In this document: positions 10,174-19,660 of the stretch, one piece after another
How the letters are laid out: each line of letters begins with the position of its first letter
Position numbering within the stretch: the first letter of the stretch is position 1
From: a virus
Virus genome (UHGV): UHGV-0373904
Length of the DNA stretch: 64,000 bases
Strand: one strand, 5' to 3'
The notes under the pieces: generated by a model
Told to the model about the DNA's origin: nothing
Databases searched by the model: none
What the model saw: the letters and a program-made list of their open reading frames with translations, nothing else
Translations under genes and position numbers: made by a program

Positions 10174-10689
10174 ATGTATCTGTCAAACCTGAAACGTTCG
10201 GTTGCAATGTCAGTTCTAAGACTCAGCTTTGATGAGCGTCAAGAGTTTATAGACTCCCACAAATATGACCCTTCAAATTCTAATCACATGGTTCTTTGGA
10301 ATCGTGATAACTTCCGTGAAAGAGCACTTGTCCGTTATTACCCACACTACACAATAGATAACCTGTATGAATGGTGTGTTGTGAAGAACACCATTGCAAC
10401 ACTGAACAATCTTTGCAGGTATACGGGTAAGCAAACATTTACATTAGGTCATCACAAACCTGTTACAAAAGGTGGTGAACATCACTGTGCAAACTGGTTT
10501 ATCCAAACTAAAACTGATAACCAGAAGCAAGGAGATAGCCTCCTAAGTATCCCTAAGATGACCTATGAAGAGCAAGAGAAATATATCAAAAATAATATGC
10601 CAGATGTGCTTGACAACAACTATACAGATTTGGCAATATCTCTCCTGTTGAAGTTCGAGACAGTTTATAGGGCAACTTATAATGGCTAA
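10174..10689 (+). CDS. HNH endonuclease-like protein
   Basis: GHHKPVTKGGEHHCANWFIQTKTDNQKQG matches the HNH beta-beta-alpha metal-finger pattern (H-H..N..N). Confidence 0.5.
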   Translation: MYLSNLKRSVAMSVLRLSFDERQEFIDSHKYDPSNSNHMVLWNRDNFRERALVRYYPHYTIDNLYEWCVVKNTIATLNNLCRYTGKQTFTLGHHKPVTKGGEHHCANWFIQTKTDNQKQGDSLLSIPKMTYEEQEKYIKNNMPDVLDNNYTDLAISLLLKFETVYRATYNG

Positions 10690-10960
10690 AGAAAAGTGGG
10701 AGATTTTACCATTAGTCAGTGAAGGAGGTAATGGTTGTGAAATGTACATGATACGTGGTCATGTTCCAGAGCCAATTGCACTTGAGATGGTAAACAACTT
10801 TACAGATGGTTCTTACAAAGACTTAGGCGAACCAACTGTCAAGCAACAATGGGTTAAACCTGTACCAGACAGCACAGGTAACTGTAGTGTACTTTATCAC
10901 GTTGTAGACCCTGCAAAATGCAAATCTGCAATGGCAGTAACAAACGTAACTTTTGATTGA
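10682..10960 (+). CDS. hypothetical protein
   Basis: ORF track. Confidence 0.4.
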   Translation: MAKEKWEILPLVSEGGNGCEMYMIRGHVPEPIALEMVNNFTDGSYKDLGEPTVKQQWVKPVPDSTGNCSVLYHVVDPAKCKSAMAVTNVTFD

Positions 10961-10971
10961 GAGAGAAAACT

Positions 10972-11853
10972 ATGAAAACATCTATCCGTGTTACAGTTCA
11001 TTCACCAACTAAAGGAACTCATGAAGAAGAGTTTAACATCATCCAATTTCCTTCTGGTGAGATTGGTGGACACTTTTCTCCAGAGTTTGTTGATTTCACT
11101 GCTTATGCAGCATCATCCATCAACAATGTGATTATGATTGTAAAAGGTTATGATAAGGATACATTGTTTGCTGTGGCACTTGCTAAAGAAGCAATTGATG
11201 ATTTAATTCCTCATGATTATGCTTTAAAGACTGTCATCTTTTACTACTTACCAAATGCACGTTATGACCGTCACATGTTTAAAGGCGACGCAGCAGCTTT
11301 AAAGGTTTTTGCTAAACAGGTAAATGCAATGGGATTTGGTGCAGTCTGTGCAGTTGACCCTCACAGTTACGTTCCAGATAACCTGTTTAACTGCTTCCAG
11401 AGTATTCCTCAAAAGGAGATTGCAGTTCACTACGCAAATGACCCACTGATTGATTACTTAGTAGCCCCAGATGCAGGTGCTGCTAAGAAGATTGCAGAGA
11501 CTGCTAAAGAGGTGGATAAACCATACATCACAATGTCTAAGGTGCGTAACCTTAAGACTGGTGAAATTACTGGTATGCGAATCCTTGACGATGTTGATTT
11601 GACAGATAAAACTGTCATGATTCTGGATGATATTTGTGATGGAGGTCGAACCTTCATAGAAGCAGCCAAACATCTTCGTGAAGCAGGTGCAAAACGTGTG
11701 GAACTCTATGTAACTCATGGTATTTTCTCTAAAGATGTTGAAAACTTGCTTGACAATGGTATTGACCATATCTACACTACAAACTCTTTAGGGGAAGCTA
11801 AAGACCGTGGCTTAACACATTATAGCCAAGTTACTGTAGCAAACCTTGATTAA
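10972..11853 (+). CDS. ribose-phosphate pyrophosphokinase (Prs) homolog; candidate ADP-ribose pyrophosphokinase (Adps-like)
   Basis: start moved from track TTG 10957 to ATG 10972; PRPP-binding loop VMILDDICDGGRTF; phosphoribosyltransferase fold length; sits immediately upstream of the NAMPT-like gene. Confidence 0.75.
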   Translation: MKTSIRVTVHSPTKGTHEEEFNIIQFPSGEIGGHFSPEFVDFTAYAASSINNVIMIVKGYDKDTLFAVALAKEAIDDLIPHDYALKTVIFYYLPNARYDRHMFKGDAAALKVFAKQVNAMGFGAVCAVDPHSYVPDNLFNCFQSIPQKEIAVHYANDPLIDYLVAPDAGAAKKIAETAKEVDKPYITMSKVRNLKTGEITGMRILDDVDLTDKTVMILDDICDGGRTFIEAAKHLREAGAKRVELYVTHGIFSKDVENLLDNGIDHIYTTNSLGEAKDRGLTHYSQVTVANLD

Positions 11854-11863
11854 AACTTTATAG

Positions 11864-11885
11864 GGGCTTCCAAGCCCCATTTTGA
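11864..11885 (+). terminator. hairpin / weak terminator
   Basis: GGGGCTTCCAAGCCCC followed by ATTTTG. Confidence 0.4.
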
Positions 11886-11898
11886 GAGAGATTAAAAG

Positions 11899-13680
11899 AT
11901 GACTAAATCACTTTATGCAGTACCAGCAGGTTTAAATGCAGATGCTTACAAATCTGGTCATGTTTACCAGTATCCTAGCGCAACAGAGTACTTGATGTTC
12001 AATCTGACACCACGTAGCGACAAATGGTTTAACAGCCCCTTAGCAATTGACGGTGTAGTGGCTTTTGGTATTCAACGTTTTGTTAAAGATTACTTGATAG
12101 ACCACTGGAATGCCACTTTCTTTGAACGTGATAAAAAAGAAGCCATTGATGAAATCTTAGAAGTCATGAATGGTGTTCTGGGTAAAGATGCTATCGGTCG
12201 AGAGCATTGGGAAGCACTTCACGACTTAGGTTATCTACCAGTTGAAGTATACGCTGTAGAAGAAGGCACAGTTGTTCCAATGCGTGTCCCGATGATTGTC
12301 TTTCAGAACACTGTTTCAGGTTTTCATTGGGTAGCAGGTTATCTGGAAGATGCTTTCTCTGCTGAAATTTGGAAGGCTTGCACCATTGCAACTATTGCAT
12401 TGCATTACAAACGCATCTGTAAGAAGTGGGCTGACCTTACTTGTGACAATGACTTACATTTACCTTATCAGTGCCATGATTTTGCTATGCGTGGTATGTC
12501 CGGCTTTACTGATGACGCATTTAACGCTGTAGGTCACTTAACCAGCTTTAAAGGGACTGATAGCTTCCCTGCTGTATACACGGCTAAACGAATCTATGGA
12601 CAGTCCTACCCAATCTCTGATATTGGTAGTTCTGTACCAGCCACTGAGCACTCTGTAATGTGTGCAAACATTGCTTGGGAAGGTGGTAATGAGTTGATTG
12701 AAGATGAAAGACGCTTTAAAGGTGAGTTACAAACCTTTCGTCGTTTCTTAACAGAAACTTACCCAACTGGTATTGCAAGTGTTGTTTCAGACACTTATAA
12801 CTTCTGGAGAACTGTGTCAGAAATCTTACCAGCACTCCGTAAAGAAATTATGGAACGTGATGGCAAACTGGTAATTCGCCCTGACTCTGGAGACCCTGTA
12901 CATATTGTCACAGGTTATAAAGCAATCCACTTAGAGTGTGCTAAGAAGGCTTATTACGAGCACCTTAGCAAGCTGGAAGCCAGCGACACAATGTTGAATG
13001 CTGTTCTGAACATGAAGCTTGAAAACATCAATTATGGTATTGCTGGATGGCTACTGTCAGAAGGCTACGAAATGGTTGTTGACAGAGAAGACTTTGAAGT
13101 TGCTGATACAGTGCTGTTGAAAAACGCTTATATGGTTGGTTCTGCAAACGTTGTAACACGTCCTGTAGCTGAGATTGATGGAGCTATTAAGACACTGCAC
13201 AACATCTTTGGAGGAACTATTAACTCTAAAGGTTTTAAGGTACTGGATGAGCACATTGGCCTTATCTATGGCGACTCTATCACGCTGGAACGTGCAAACG
13301 AAATCCTGAAGCGTCTGTATGAAATGGGTTTTGCAAGCTCTAACGTAGTGTTTGGCGTAGGCTCTTACACTTACCAGTACATGACTCGTGACACCTTTGC
13401 ATTTGCTGTTAAAGCAACTCTTGCAAGCATTGGTGGTAAAGAGATTATGCTTGCAAAAGACCCTAAAACAGATAGTGGTGTTAAGAAGTCTGCTTTTGGT
13501 GGTGTAGCACCTATGTGGGATGGCGAAAAGCTGAAAGCTGTAGATGGCTATGGATTCCAGAGTTTTGCAGATGCACTTGACCATCCAGCTTGTGCTTTAC
13601 GCTTAGTCTTTAGCGACTCTGAGCAGTTTGGTTACACAACTCTTGGTGATATTCGAAATAATATTGACAAGCAGCTTTAA
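11899..13680 (+). CDS. nicotinamide phosphoribosyltransferase family protein (NadV/NAMPT-like; candidate Namat)
   Basis: 593 aa; NAMPT-family length and motifs recognised by eye; co-directional, 45 nt after the Prs-like gene. Confidence 0.8.
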   Translation: MTKSLYAVPAGLNADAYKSGHVYQYPSATEYLMFNLTPRSDKWFNSPLAIDGVVAFGIQRFVKDYLIDHWNATFFERDKKEAIDEILEVMNGVLGKDAIGREHWEALHDLGYLPVEVYAVEEGTVVPMRVPMIVFQNTVSGFHWVAGYLEDAFSAEIWKACTIATIALHYKRICKKWADLTCDNDLHLPYQCHDFAMRGMSGFTDDAFNAVGHLTSFKGTDSFPAVYTAKRIYGQSYPISDIGSSVPATEHSVMCANIAWEGGNELIEDERRFKGELQTFRRFLTETYPTGIASVVSDTYNFWRTVSEILPALRKEIMERDGKLVIRPDSGDPVHIVTGYKAIHLECAKKAYYEHLSKLEASDTMLNAVLNMKLENINYGIAGWLLSEGYEMVVDREDFEVADTVLLKNAYMVGSANVVTRPVAEIDGAIKTLHNIFGGTINSKGFKVLDEHIGLIYGDSITLERANEILKRLYEMGFASSNVVFGVGSYTYQYMTRDTFAFAVKATLASIGGKEIMLAKDPKTDSGVKKSAFGGVAPMWDGEKLKAVDGYGFQSFADALDHPACALRLVFSDSEQFGYTTLGDIRNNIDKQL

Positions 13681-13693
13681 AAGTATATGATAA

Positions 13694-13717
13694 GAGGCTC
13701 CTACGGGAGCCTTTTTA
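13694..13717 (+). terminator. intrinsic terminator candidate
   Basis: hairpin AGGCTCCTACGGGAGCCT followed by TTTTT. Confidence 0.6.
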
Positions 13718-13733
13718 ATTTCTGGAGAAGATT

Positions 13734-14069
13734 ATGAAAATCAAAGAGATGAACATCAACATCGTCTTAGAGGAACGTTGGGAGAACATCAAGAAACCTG
13801 AAAATGGTCATAAGTTCCTTAACAAAATTTTAGTATCAGCTAAAGAAGAACTGACTGGTAAGATTGCAGCAGCAATCACAATAAAGGTCTGTGTAAAAGG
13901 TCTTCCAGACAATCACCAATTTGCACTTGACGAGTTTAAAGAAAGCTTCTACAATCCAAATAAACAGATGCTTGAAAGTAACTTTGCAGTATCTACAAGT
14001 ATCGTCCATGACAGAAGCTTTATCCTTTACAAGAATATGAGAGGTGAGTCATGCAAGCATATTGGATAG
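13734..14069 (+). CDS. hypothetical protein
   Basis: ORF track. Confidence 0.4.
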   Translation: MKIKEMNINIVLEERWENIKKPENGHKFLNKILVSAKEELTGKIAAAITIKVCVKGLPDNHQFALDEFKESFYNPNKQMLESNFAVSTSIVHDRSFILYKNMRGESCKHIG

Positions 14070-14227
14070 AAATTTTACTGTCACTTGGTGGCGTAGCAGT
14101 GTTTGTTTACCTTCTTTGTAAGTACTATGCAGAGCACAAAAAATGTGACTACTGTAATGGGGAAGGTTATACAAGAGTAGGTTGTTGCCCTATGTGTGGT
14201 GGTTCTGGTAAAATGTTTAACAAGTAA
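14051..14227 (+). CDS. small membrane-anchored zinc-ribbon protein (58 aa, below ORF-track cutoff)
   Basis: ATG 14051; translated by eye: N-terminal hydrophobic helix then CDYCNGEGY..CCPMCGGSGK (CxxC..CxxC). Confidence 0.3.
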   Translation: MQAYWIEILLSLGGVAVFVYLLCKYYAEHKKCDYCNGEGYTRVGCCPMCGGSGKMFNK

Positions 14228-14255
14228 TTTAACAGTAAACTAAGAGGAAAGTATT

Positions 14256-16622
14256 ATGCGCATGGTAAATGACCACGCAGAAGTGATTAAGAGTTCAACT
14301 TCTTTGGAGACATCTCAAGCACAGATTACAATGACACCTGAAATGTTCAGCCTTCTGAGTTCTGGTGTATACACATTTAAAGAAAGGGCAGTGATTCGTG
14401 AACTGTCATGTAATGCAGTAGATGCTCAGAAAGAAGCTGGAAAAGAGAACATCCCGTTCCATGTGCATTTGCCTACTCGATTTGAGCCTTACTTTGAAGT
14501 CCGTGACTTTGGAACTGGTTTAACCCATGACAAAGTAATGAGTTTGTATCTGAACTACGGGGCTTCTACGAAGAATGACTCTAATGATTACATTGGTGCA
14601 ATGGGTATCGGCTCAAAATCCCCATTTGCAATTGCTCAGTCATTCACAGTATCTAGCTATGTTGATGGTGTTGTTAATAAGTACTCTGTTTACCTTGAGA
14701 ATGGTATCCCTCAAGTAACTAAGCTCACTACTAACCAAACAAATGAACCTAATGGTTTAGCTGTACGTGTGGCAGTTGCTGACCACCGTATTTCAAAGTT
14801 CTTTGAAGAGGCTGGTAATGTATACTCATACTTTGCTGTAAAACCAGAGAGTAATGTGGAGTATAATGATATATTGGCAGATATGGATGTGATTGCTCGT
14901 GAAGAAGGTGTCTATGATGCCATGACTCATAAGCATAGCTGGCGTTCAAGCAGCAATAGAACAGAGTTTAACGTGGTTATGGGTAATATTGCCTATCCAG
15001 TTAATATGGAGGCATTACTTGGTGATGATTTCTTCAAAGTATTACCAGAATTTTTCCGCAGGAGCGTAGACCTTGTAAACATCTACATGCCCATTGGTTC
15101 AGTTGCTATTGCAGCTTCTCGTGAAGCATTGCAGATGAATGACACGACAAAAAATGTTATCATTGAGGCTACTAAAAAGATAACTGAAGCCATTACAAAG
15201 GATGTTATCAAGAAAGTTAATAGCCAACCTACACTCATGGATGCTGCACAGGCTTATGCTGAGTTACGTTTGAACTCACGAGAGATGTTTAATGCTGTGT
15301 GTCCAAAGCTAGAGTGGGGTGGTGTTAAGCTTGATTCTCTGGAAGAAGAATTACTAAACATTCGTCGTGGAATTATCTACGCAGAAGACGGCTCAGTCAT
15401 TTATGAACGTGACGGTAAAGGTAATATTAAGGTTGATAGGAACGGGAACAATATACCTAAAGTAGATTATCTTTATGACCCAGTTGCTTATGTCAAGTTC
15501 AACTCTTTAGAGAGTAAGATTCGTGCAACATCGCTTTCCTACACTCAAGAGGCAAGTATGTTCAATATCTTTGGCGCAATGCGTAAAAGCCAAATTGAAC
15601 AGTTTTTGTTTGTTATAAATGACCGTCGCAATAAAAATGGTACTGAGAAAACTGTAGGACGCAATCAAATCTTGCGTGGTGCATGTCGAGACTATGCCAG
15701 TGAGTCTAGTCTGTTTCACAGATACAATGGTATTGTCTTTGTATTCTCGACTGAAAAAGAGTTAGACGACCTAATCAATCTGCACAAACTTGATAAAAGC
15801 TTGTTAAAGATTGTGAAGATGTCTGATAAGGAACACCATTATCAGCGTAAAGAAGCTGTAAGAGGTGTTGTAAAACTCTGGAAAGCTGTTCCAGCAGAAG
15901 GTGTAGCTTCCTATAAAGAGGTTTCAGAGGACTTTGATACAATTGAAGAACCTCAGCTTTACATTAAGGCAGTTGGTGACACAGTTGATGGCGAATGTTT
16001 TTGCTCATCTCCAGAAGATGTAGCTAAGTCAGTTGCTAATGTTACAGGTAAGACAGTCTATGTTTTCCGAAAAGCAAATTGGAAAAAGATACCAGAAGAC
16101 TGGATTGAAGTAGATGAGAAGCTCTTGAACGACAGCTTAACTGATGTTCATTGGATTAATCATAACAGGTATATGACACGTATCTATATGAATGGTGTCC
16201 TCGACCTTACAAGCAGTTGGATTATTGCCAGAAACTTTACGTTCAATAACAGGAAGATTTCTCGTGGCTATTGTTATTCACGGGATACAAACAAAACTAT
16301 CTTCTTAGAAGGCAATGAAGATGCTGTAGAGGCAATGTTTGGTAAAATCCAATACGTTGCTGCACCGTTTGCATATACTTACACTATTAGTAGGTTGCAA
16401 ACTTTGAAAGACTGCCTTGACAATGATACAAAGCTGTACAAGAAAATTAAGAAAGCTGGTGACCGTATGGTCATTAAGGTGACAAACTACCTTTCAAAAA
16501 GAAAACAAGAAAACTTCTTGCTTTCTCATTTAGATTGGAATAAAGTGTCACCCATCGAAGTGAGTAAGTTCTTAGGCTTTGATGTGAAGTGTGTTCCAGA
16601 AGGGACTACAATTTACGATTAA
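14256..16622 (+). CDS. rIIA-like protein (GHKL-type ATPase domain)
   Basis: 788 aa; RBS aagagga; N-terminal ELSCNAVDA and DFGTG boxes resemble the histidine-kinase-like ATPase fold of phage rIIA. Confidence 0.55.
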   Translation: MRMVNDHAEVIKSSTSLETSQAQITMTPEMFSLLSSGVYTFKERAVIRELSCNAVDAQKEAGKENIPFHVHLPTRFEPYFEVRDFGTGLTHDKVMSLYLNYGASTKNDSNDYIGAMGIGSKSPFAIAQSFTVSSYVDGVVNKYSVYLENGIPQVTKLTTNQTNEPNGLAVRVAVADHRISKFFEEAGNVYSYFAVKPESNVEYNDILADMDVIAREEGVYDAMTHKHSWRSSSNRTEFNVVMGNIAYPVNMEALLGDDFFKVLPEFFRRSVDLVNIYMPIGSVAIAASREALQMNDTTKNVIIEATKKITEAITKDVIKKVNSQPTLMDAAQAYAELRLNSREMFNAVCPKLEWGGVKLDSLEEELLNIRRGIIYAEDGSVIYERDGKGNIKVDRNGNNIPKVDYLYDPVAYVKFNSLESKIRATSLSYTQEASMFNIFGAMRKSQIEQFLFVINDRRNKNGTEKTVGRNQILRGACRDYASESSLFHRYNGIVFVFSTEKELDDLINLHKLDKSLLKIVKMSDKEHHYQRKEAVRGVVKLWKAVPAEGVASYKEVSEDFDTIEEPQLYIKAVGDTVDGECFCSSPEDVAKSVANVTGKTVYVFRKANWKKIPEDWIEVDEKLLNDSLTDVHWINHNRYMTRIYMNGVLDLTSSWIIARNFTFNNRKISRGYCYSRDTNKTIFLEGNEDAVEAMFGKIQYVAAPFAYTYTISRLQTLKDCLDNDTKLYKKIKKAGDRMVIKVTNYLSKRKQENFLLSHLDWNKVSPIEVSKFLGFDVKCVPEGTTIYD

Positions 16623-16701
16623 AGTGTTTGACAAGGGGCTTTGAAGCCCCTTAGAATAGCATTACAAAATGATTTATTAACTAACAAGAGAGAGTAATAA
16701 G

Positions 16702-17811
16702 ATGACTACTAAAACTAAAGCACAGATTGACGCAGAAATTTACGAACTGGTTAAAGAAGGTAAGCTGACTAAAACAGCTATCGCACAGAAGTTCAATACT
16801 TCAACCCGTTCAGTTGGTCGTGCTGTAGAGCGTCATGAAGCAACCTTAAAAGGTAAGAAAAAGGCAACTTCTAAGCCAGCTAAGAAGACCCTAAAGCAAG
16901 TTGCTAAGTCAGTTAAAAAGAAAACTGGCAAACCAGTTGAAAAGGTTGTTAAAGAGGCTGTACAGAAAGCTCCAGTAAATAAACTGCATGAAGCTATGCA
17001 GAAAGATGACAAGATTGAGTACATGATTACTGGTGATTCTGTAATTATGACTTATGGTTCAGAATCTGAAATTGTTGAGTCTACTCATCCGAACTATCAA
17101 GAGATTGTAGTTCATGTTGTGAAAGGTGAGTTCAAGAAAGCATTTGAACTGATGAACATTCGTAAGTCTATCGAAAACTTCACTCAGGGTGCTATCACAA
17201 TCAAAGGCGACAAGCTATTCTACGGTGCTGTTGAGATGCGTTCTACTCTGGTTGACCGTATTCTTCACATGATGAAAACTGGCGATAAAGGTTTTGAACG
17301 ACTTGTAATGTTCTTCGAAAAACTGATGGAAAACCCATCTAAAGATTCTGTAGAACAACTTTGGGGATTTGTATCTCACCTTGATGTTGAAATTGATGAA
17401 GAAGGCTACATCATTGGTTGGAAGAAAGTCTCTACTCGTGAAGGCAAGCTGGTTGACTCTCACACCTACAAAGTGCCTAATGATTTGGGTAACATTGTAG
17501 AAATGCCACGTTGGATGGTTGATAATAACCGTAACGTAACTTGCTCTCAAGGTCTTCATGTTGGTGCTTGGGATTATGTTCGTTGCTTCTCAGGTGATAC
17601 AATCCTGAAGGTTCGCGTACATCCACGAGATGTTGTATCTGTTCCAACTGATTACAACGATATGAAGATGCGTTCCTCTCGTTATGAAGTTGCAGCAATC
17701 GTTGATAATCAGCGTAAAGTGCTGAAAGCGTGGGATGGTAAGACTGAAGCTTTGCATGTCATCGTTGGCACTGCTGGTGAACTCATCTCTCAACGTAAAC
17801 GTGAAATCTAA
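16702..17811 (+). CDS. rIIB-like protein (putative)
   Basis: 369 aa directly downstream of the rIIA-like gene; basic Lys-rich N-terminal region; assignment by synteny only. Confidence 0.4.
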   Translation: MTTKTKAQIDAEIYELVKEGKLTKTAIAQKFNTSTRSVGRAVERHEATLKGKKKATSKPAKKTLKQVAKSVKKKTGKPVEKVVKEAVQKAPVNKLHEAMQKDDKIEYMITGDSVIMTYGSESEIVESTHPNYQEIVVHVVKGEFKKAFELMNIRKSIENFTQGAITIKGDKLFYGAVEMRSTLVDRILHMMKTGDKGFERLVMFFEKLMENPSKDSVEQLWGFVSHLDVEIDEEGYIIGWKKVSTREGKLVDSHTYKVPNDLGNIVEMPRWMVDNNRNVTCSQGLHVGAWDYVRCFSGDTILKVRVHPRDVVSVPTDYNDMKMRSSRYEVAAIVDNQRKVLKAWDGKTEALHVIVGTAGELISQRKREI

Positions 17812-17825
17812 TAAGTAATTCCTTA

Positions 17826-17850
17826 AAAGGCTGCTCCGGCGGCCTTTTTT
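17826..17850 (+). terminator. intrinsic terminator candidate
   Basis: GC-rich hairpin GGCTGCTCCGGCGGCC followed by TTTTTT. Confidence 0.5.
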
Positions 17851-17852
17851 AT

Positions 17853-17880
17853 TTGTATTTTGTGCAGAGTGCTGTATAAT
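17853..17880 (+). promoter_or_regulatory. sigma70-like promoter candidate
   Basis: -35 TTGTAT, 16-nt spacer, -10 TATAAT ending 17880; about 30 nt upstream of gene 17912. Confidence 0.4.
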
Positions 17881-17911
17881 TGTTGTCACGATAAACTAAA
17901 CAGGAGAACCA

Positions 17912-18460
17912 ATGAAGAAATTGATTCTAGGTTTGTGCTTAATGTTTACAGCACAATTATCTTATGCAGTTGACTGCCCAGAGCTATCAATTAGCCAAAA
18001 AGTAAACATGTTAAAAGCTTACCAGTATGGTGAGAACAACATGGGTAAAGGTTGGGGTATTACTCTAGCTGCTATAGCCTTACAAGAGTCAGAGTTAGGT
18101 CTAAAGGTAGAGAATAAAAAGACCCATGACTATGGTATTTTCCAGAATCACTTGAAGACTGTTGTAAAGCGTAACAAAATCAGTCCTAATGTGGCTAAAA
18201 AGAAGCTCTTAAAAGATTTTGATTATGCCGCTAAAGAAACACATAAAGAGCTTGAGTTTTGGACAAAGGTGCATGGTCAGCCAAAGTCAAAGAAGACTTT
18301 ACAAAAAGTTTTAGCATCATATAATGCTGGGTATTCGTACAAAATCCCTAAAGCTAAGAAATATTCTCAAGATGTCTATAACAACATGAAAGTTATTGCT
18401 CAATGTGAATTTGCAACAAACATTTCTAAGGTAAACCATGAAAAAATTAAGAAAGTCTGA
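17912..18460 (+). CDS. secreted lytic transglycosylase-like protein
   Basis: signal peptide MKKLILGLCLMFTAQLSYA; AIALQESELG...YGIFQNH resembles the SLT-domain catalytic E-S ... G-L/I-M/F-Q pattern. Confidence 0.45.
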   Translation: MKKLILGLCLMFTAQLSYAVDCPELSISQKVNMLKAYQYGENNMGKGWGITLAAIALQESELGLKVENKKTHDYGIFQNHLKTVVKRNKISPNVAKKKLLKDFDYAAKETHKELEFWTKVHGQPKSKKTLQKVLASYNAGYSYKIPKAKKYSQDVYNNMKVIAQCEFATNISKVNHEKIKKV

Positions 18461-19133
18461 TGAAGTACTGTGCCATGCTTACGACTTGCACCCTCATGAG
18501 TTAGGTCTTGATTCCTGTGTATGGACTCCAGAACAGTGCAGGGATTTTGAAGATACTGCAAGAGAAGTTGTATGTTCACTTGAAGAGTTCCACACATCAG
18601 AACCAATTGTGAGCGTTGTGGACAAAGAGACTGGACAAACTGTAGGTGTAAGGCGTGACAGCTTAGTCATAGTCAATAAAGACCTTGTAGAAAAAGGTAA
18701 CCTTATCTTAGCAGACATTGATGGTGTTCTTACAAATTTTAATCACGAAGATTACTCAACGGAATTGATTGATGGGTCATTTTCACAGTACACTAATTTG
18801 CTTGACTCTGTAAGAGCAAAACCAACGTATGTTTTTAGTATTATTGATGCAATTGCTAATCATGCTGCCATTGGACTCTTGACAGCGAGAGGTGAATCTC
18901 AGAGAATACCTACTGAGATGTTTTTAAGGCATAACATAGAGCATGACTACATGCTTTTTATGCGTGGTTTTGGAACTAACTCTATAAGTGCAGAAAGTTT
19001 GAAAGTGAGGATGATTCAGTCTTGCATCCTGCCTTACTTTAATATAGTATGTTTTATAGAAGACACAGAGAAGAATGTGCAGAAGGTGAACAGAATCCTT
19101 CCACACATTAAAACCATGTTAGTTAAACATTGA
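18438..19133 (+). CDS. HAD-superfamily hydrolase-like protein
   Basis: ILADIDGVLTNF matches HAD motif I (DxDG[TV]L). Confidence 0.4.
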   Translation: MKKLRKSDEVLCHAYDLHPHELGLDSCVWTPEQCRDFEDTAREVVCSLEEFHTSEPIVSVVDKETGQTVGVRRDSLVIVNKDLVEKGNLILADIDGVLTNFNHEDYSTELIDGSFSQYTNLLDSVRAKPTYVFSIIDAIANHAAIGLLTARGESQRIPTEMFLRHNIEHDYMLFMRGFGTNSISAESLKVRMIQSCILPYFNIVCFIEDTEKNVQKVNRILPHIKTMLVKH

Positions 19134-19143
19134 GAGAAAACTT

Positions 19144-19608
19144 ATGAACAATATCATTACGGTAGCACTGGACGATACGGTAAACAAATCTGCAATAGTT
19201 CGTAAAATGATTCAAGGTAACTTTGAAGGTAAAATTTTTCGTGCTGTTAATGTAAAAGCTGATGGCAGCATTCGTGAATATCGTGCATTATTGAATGTTA
19301 AAAAACACGTAAAAGGTGCTGGTTCAACTACTGCACACAAAGAAAACCTGATGACTATCTATGATATGGGCAAGGCTTCAGAGTTAGGTGCTGAAGGTAT
19401 CGTTAAAGAAGGTGCTCCGTATCGCTCTTTCAATCTGGAAACTACTCTTATGCTTTCCTTTACAAGTGGTTCTAAAACAATCACTTATCTCTTTACTGAT
19501 GCTGCAACGGTATCTGCTATTAAGGATAGCACTGTCAAAGCTGGCGTAGTTGCTGCTGCAAAAGCTTCTTCGATGGCTGCGAATATCCTTGCTAAAGTCC
19601 TCGGTTAA
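19144..19608 (+). CDS. hypothetical protein
   Basis: ORF track. Confidence 0.4.
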   Translation: MNNIITVALDDTVNKSAIVRKMIQGNFEGKIFRAVNVKADGSIREYRALLNVKKHVKGAGSTTAHKENLMTIYDMGKASELGAEGIVKEGAPYRSFNLETTLMLSFTSGSKTITYLFTDAATVSAIKDSTVKAGVVAAAKASSMAANILAKVLG

Positions 19609-19619
19609 GGTTAAGATAC

Positions 19620-19645
19620 AGGCTCCTTCGGGAGCCTTTTTCATT
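19620..19645 (+). terminator. intrinsic terminator candidate
   Basis: hairpin AGGCTCCTTCGGGAGCCT followed by TTTTCATTTT. Confidence 0.6.
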
Positions 19646-19660
19646 TTAGGAGATTGTTAA

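Noticed and set aside
16633-16652. Hairpin AAGGGGCTTTGAAGCCCCTT after the rIIA-like gene as a terminator
   Set aside because: No T-run follows and the rIIB-like gene starts 50 nt downstream, so read-through is expected.
1822-19644. Short antisense or internal ORFs inside large genes (e.g. 1822-2064, 3031-3213, 4277-4468 -, 11454-11769 -, 13057-13584 -, 17215-17889 -, 19384-19644 -)
   Set aside because: Fully embedded in well-supported genes in other frames or strands, with no independent signals; typical AT-rich background ORFs.
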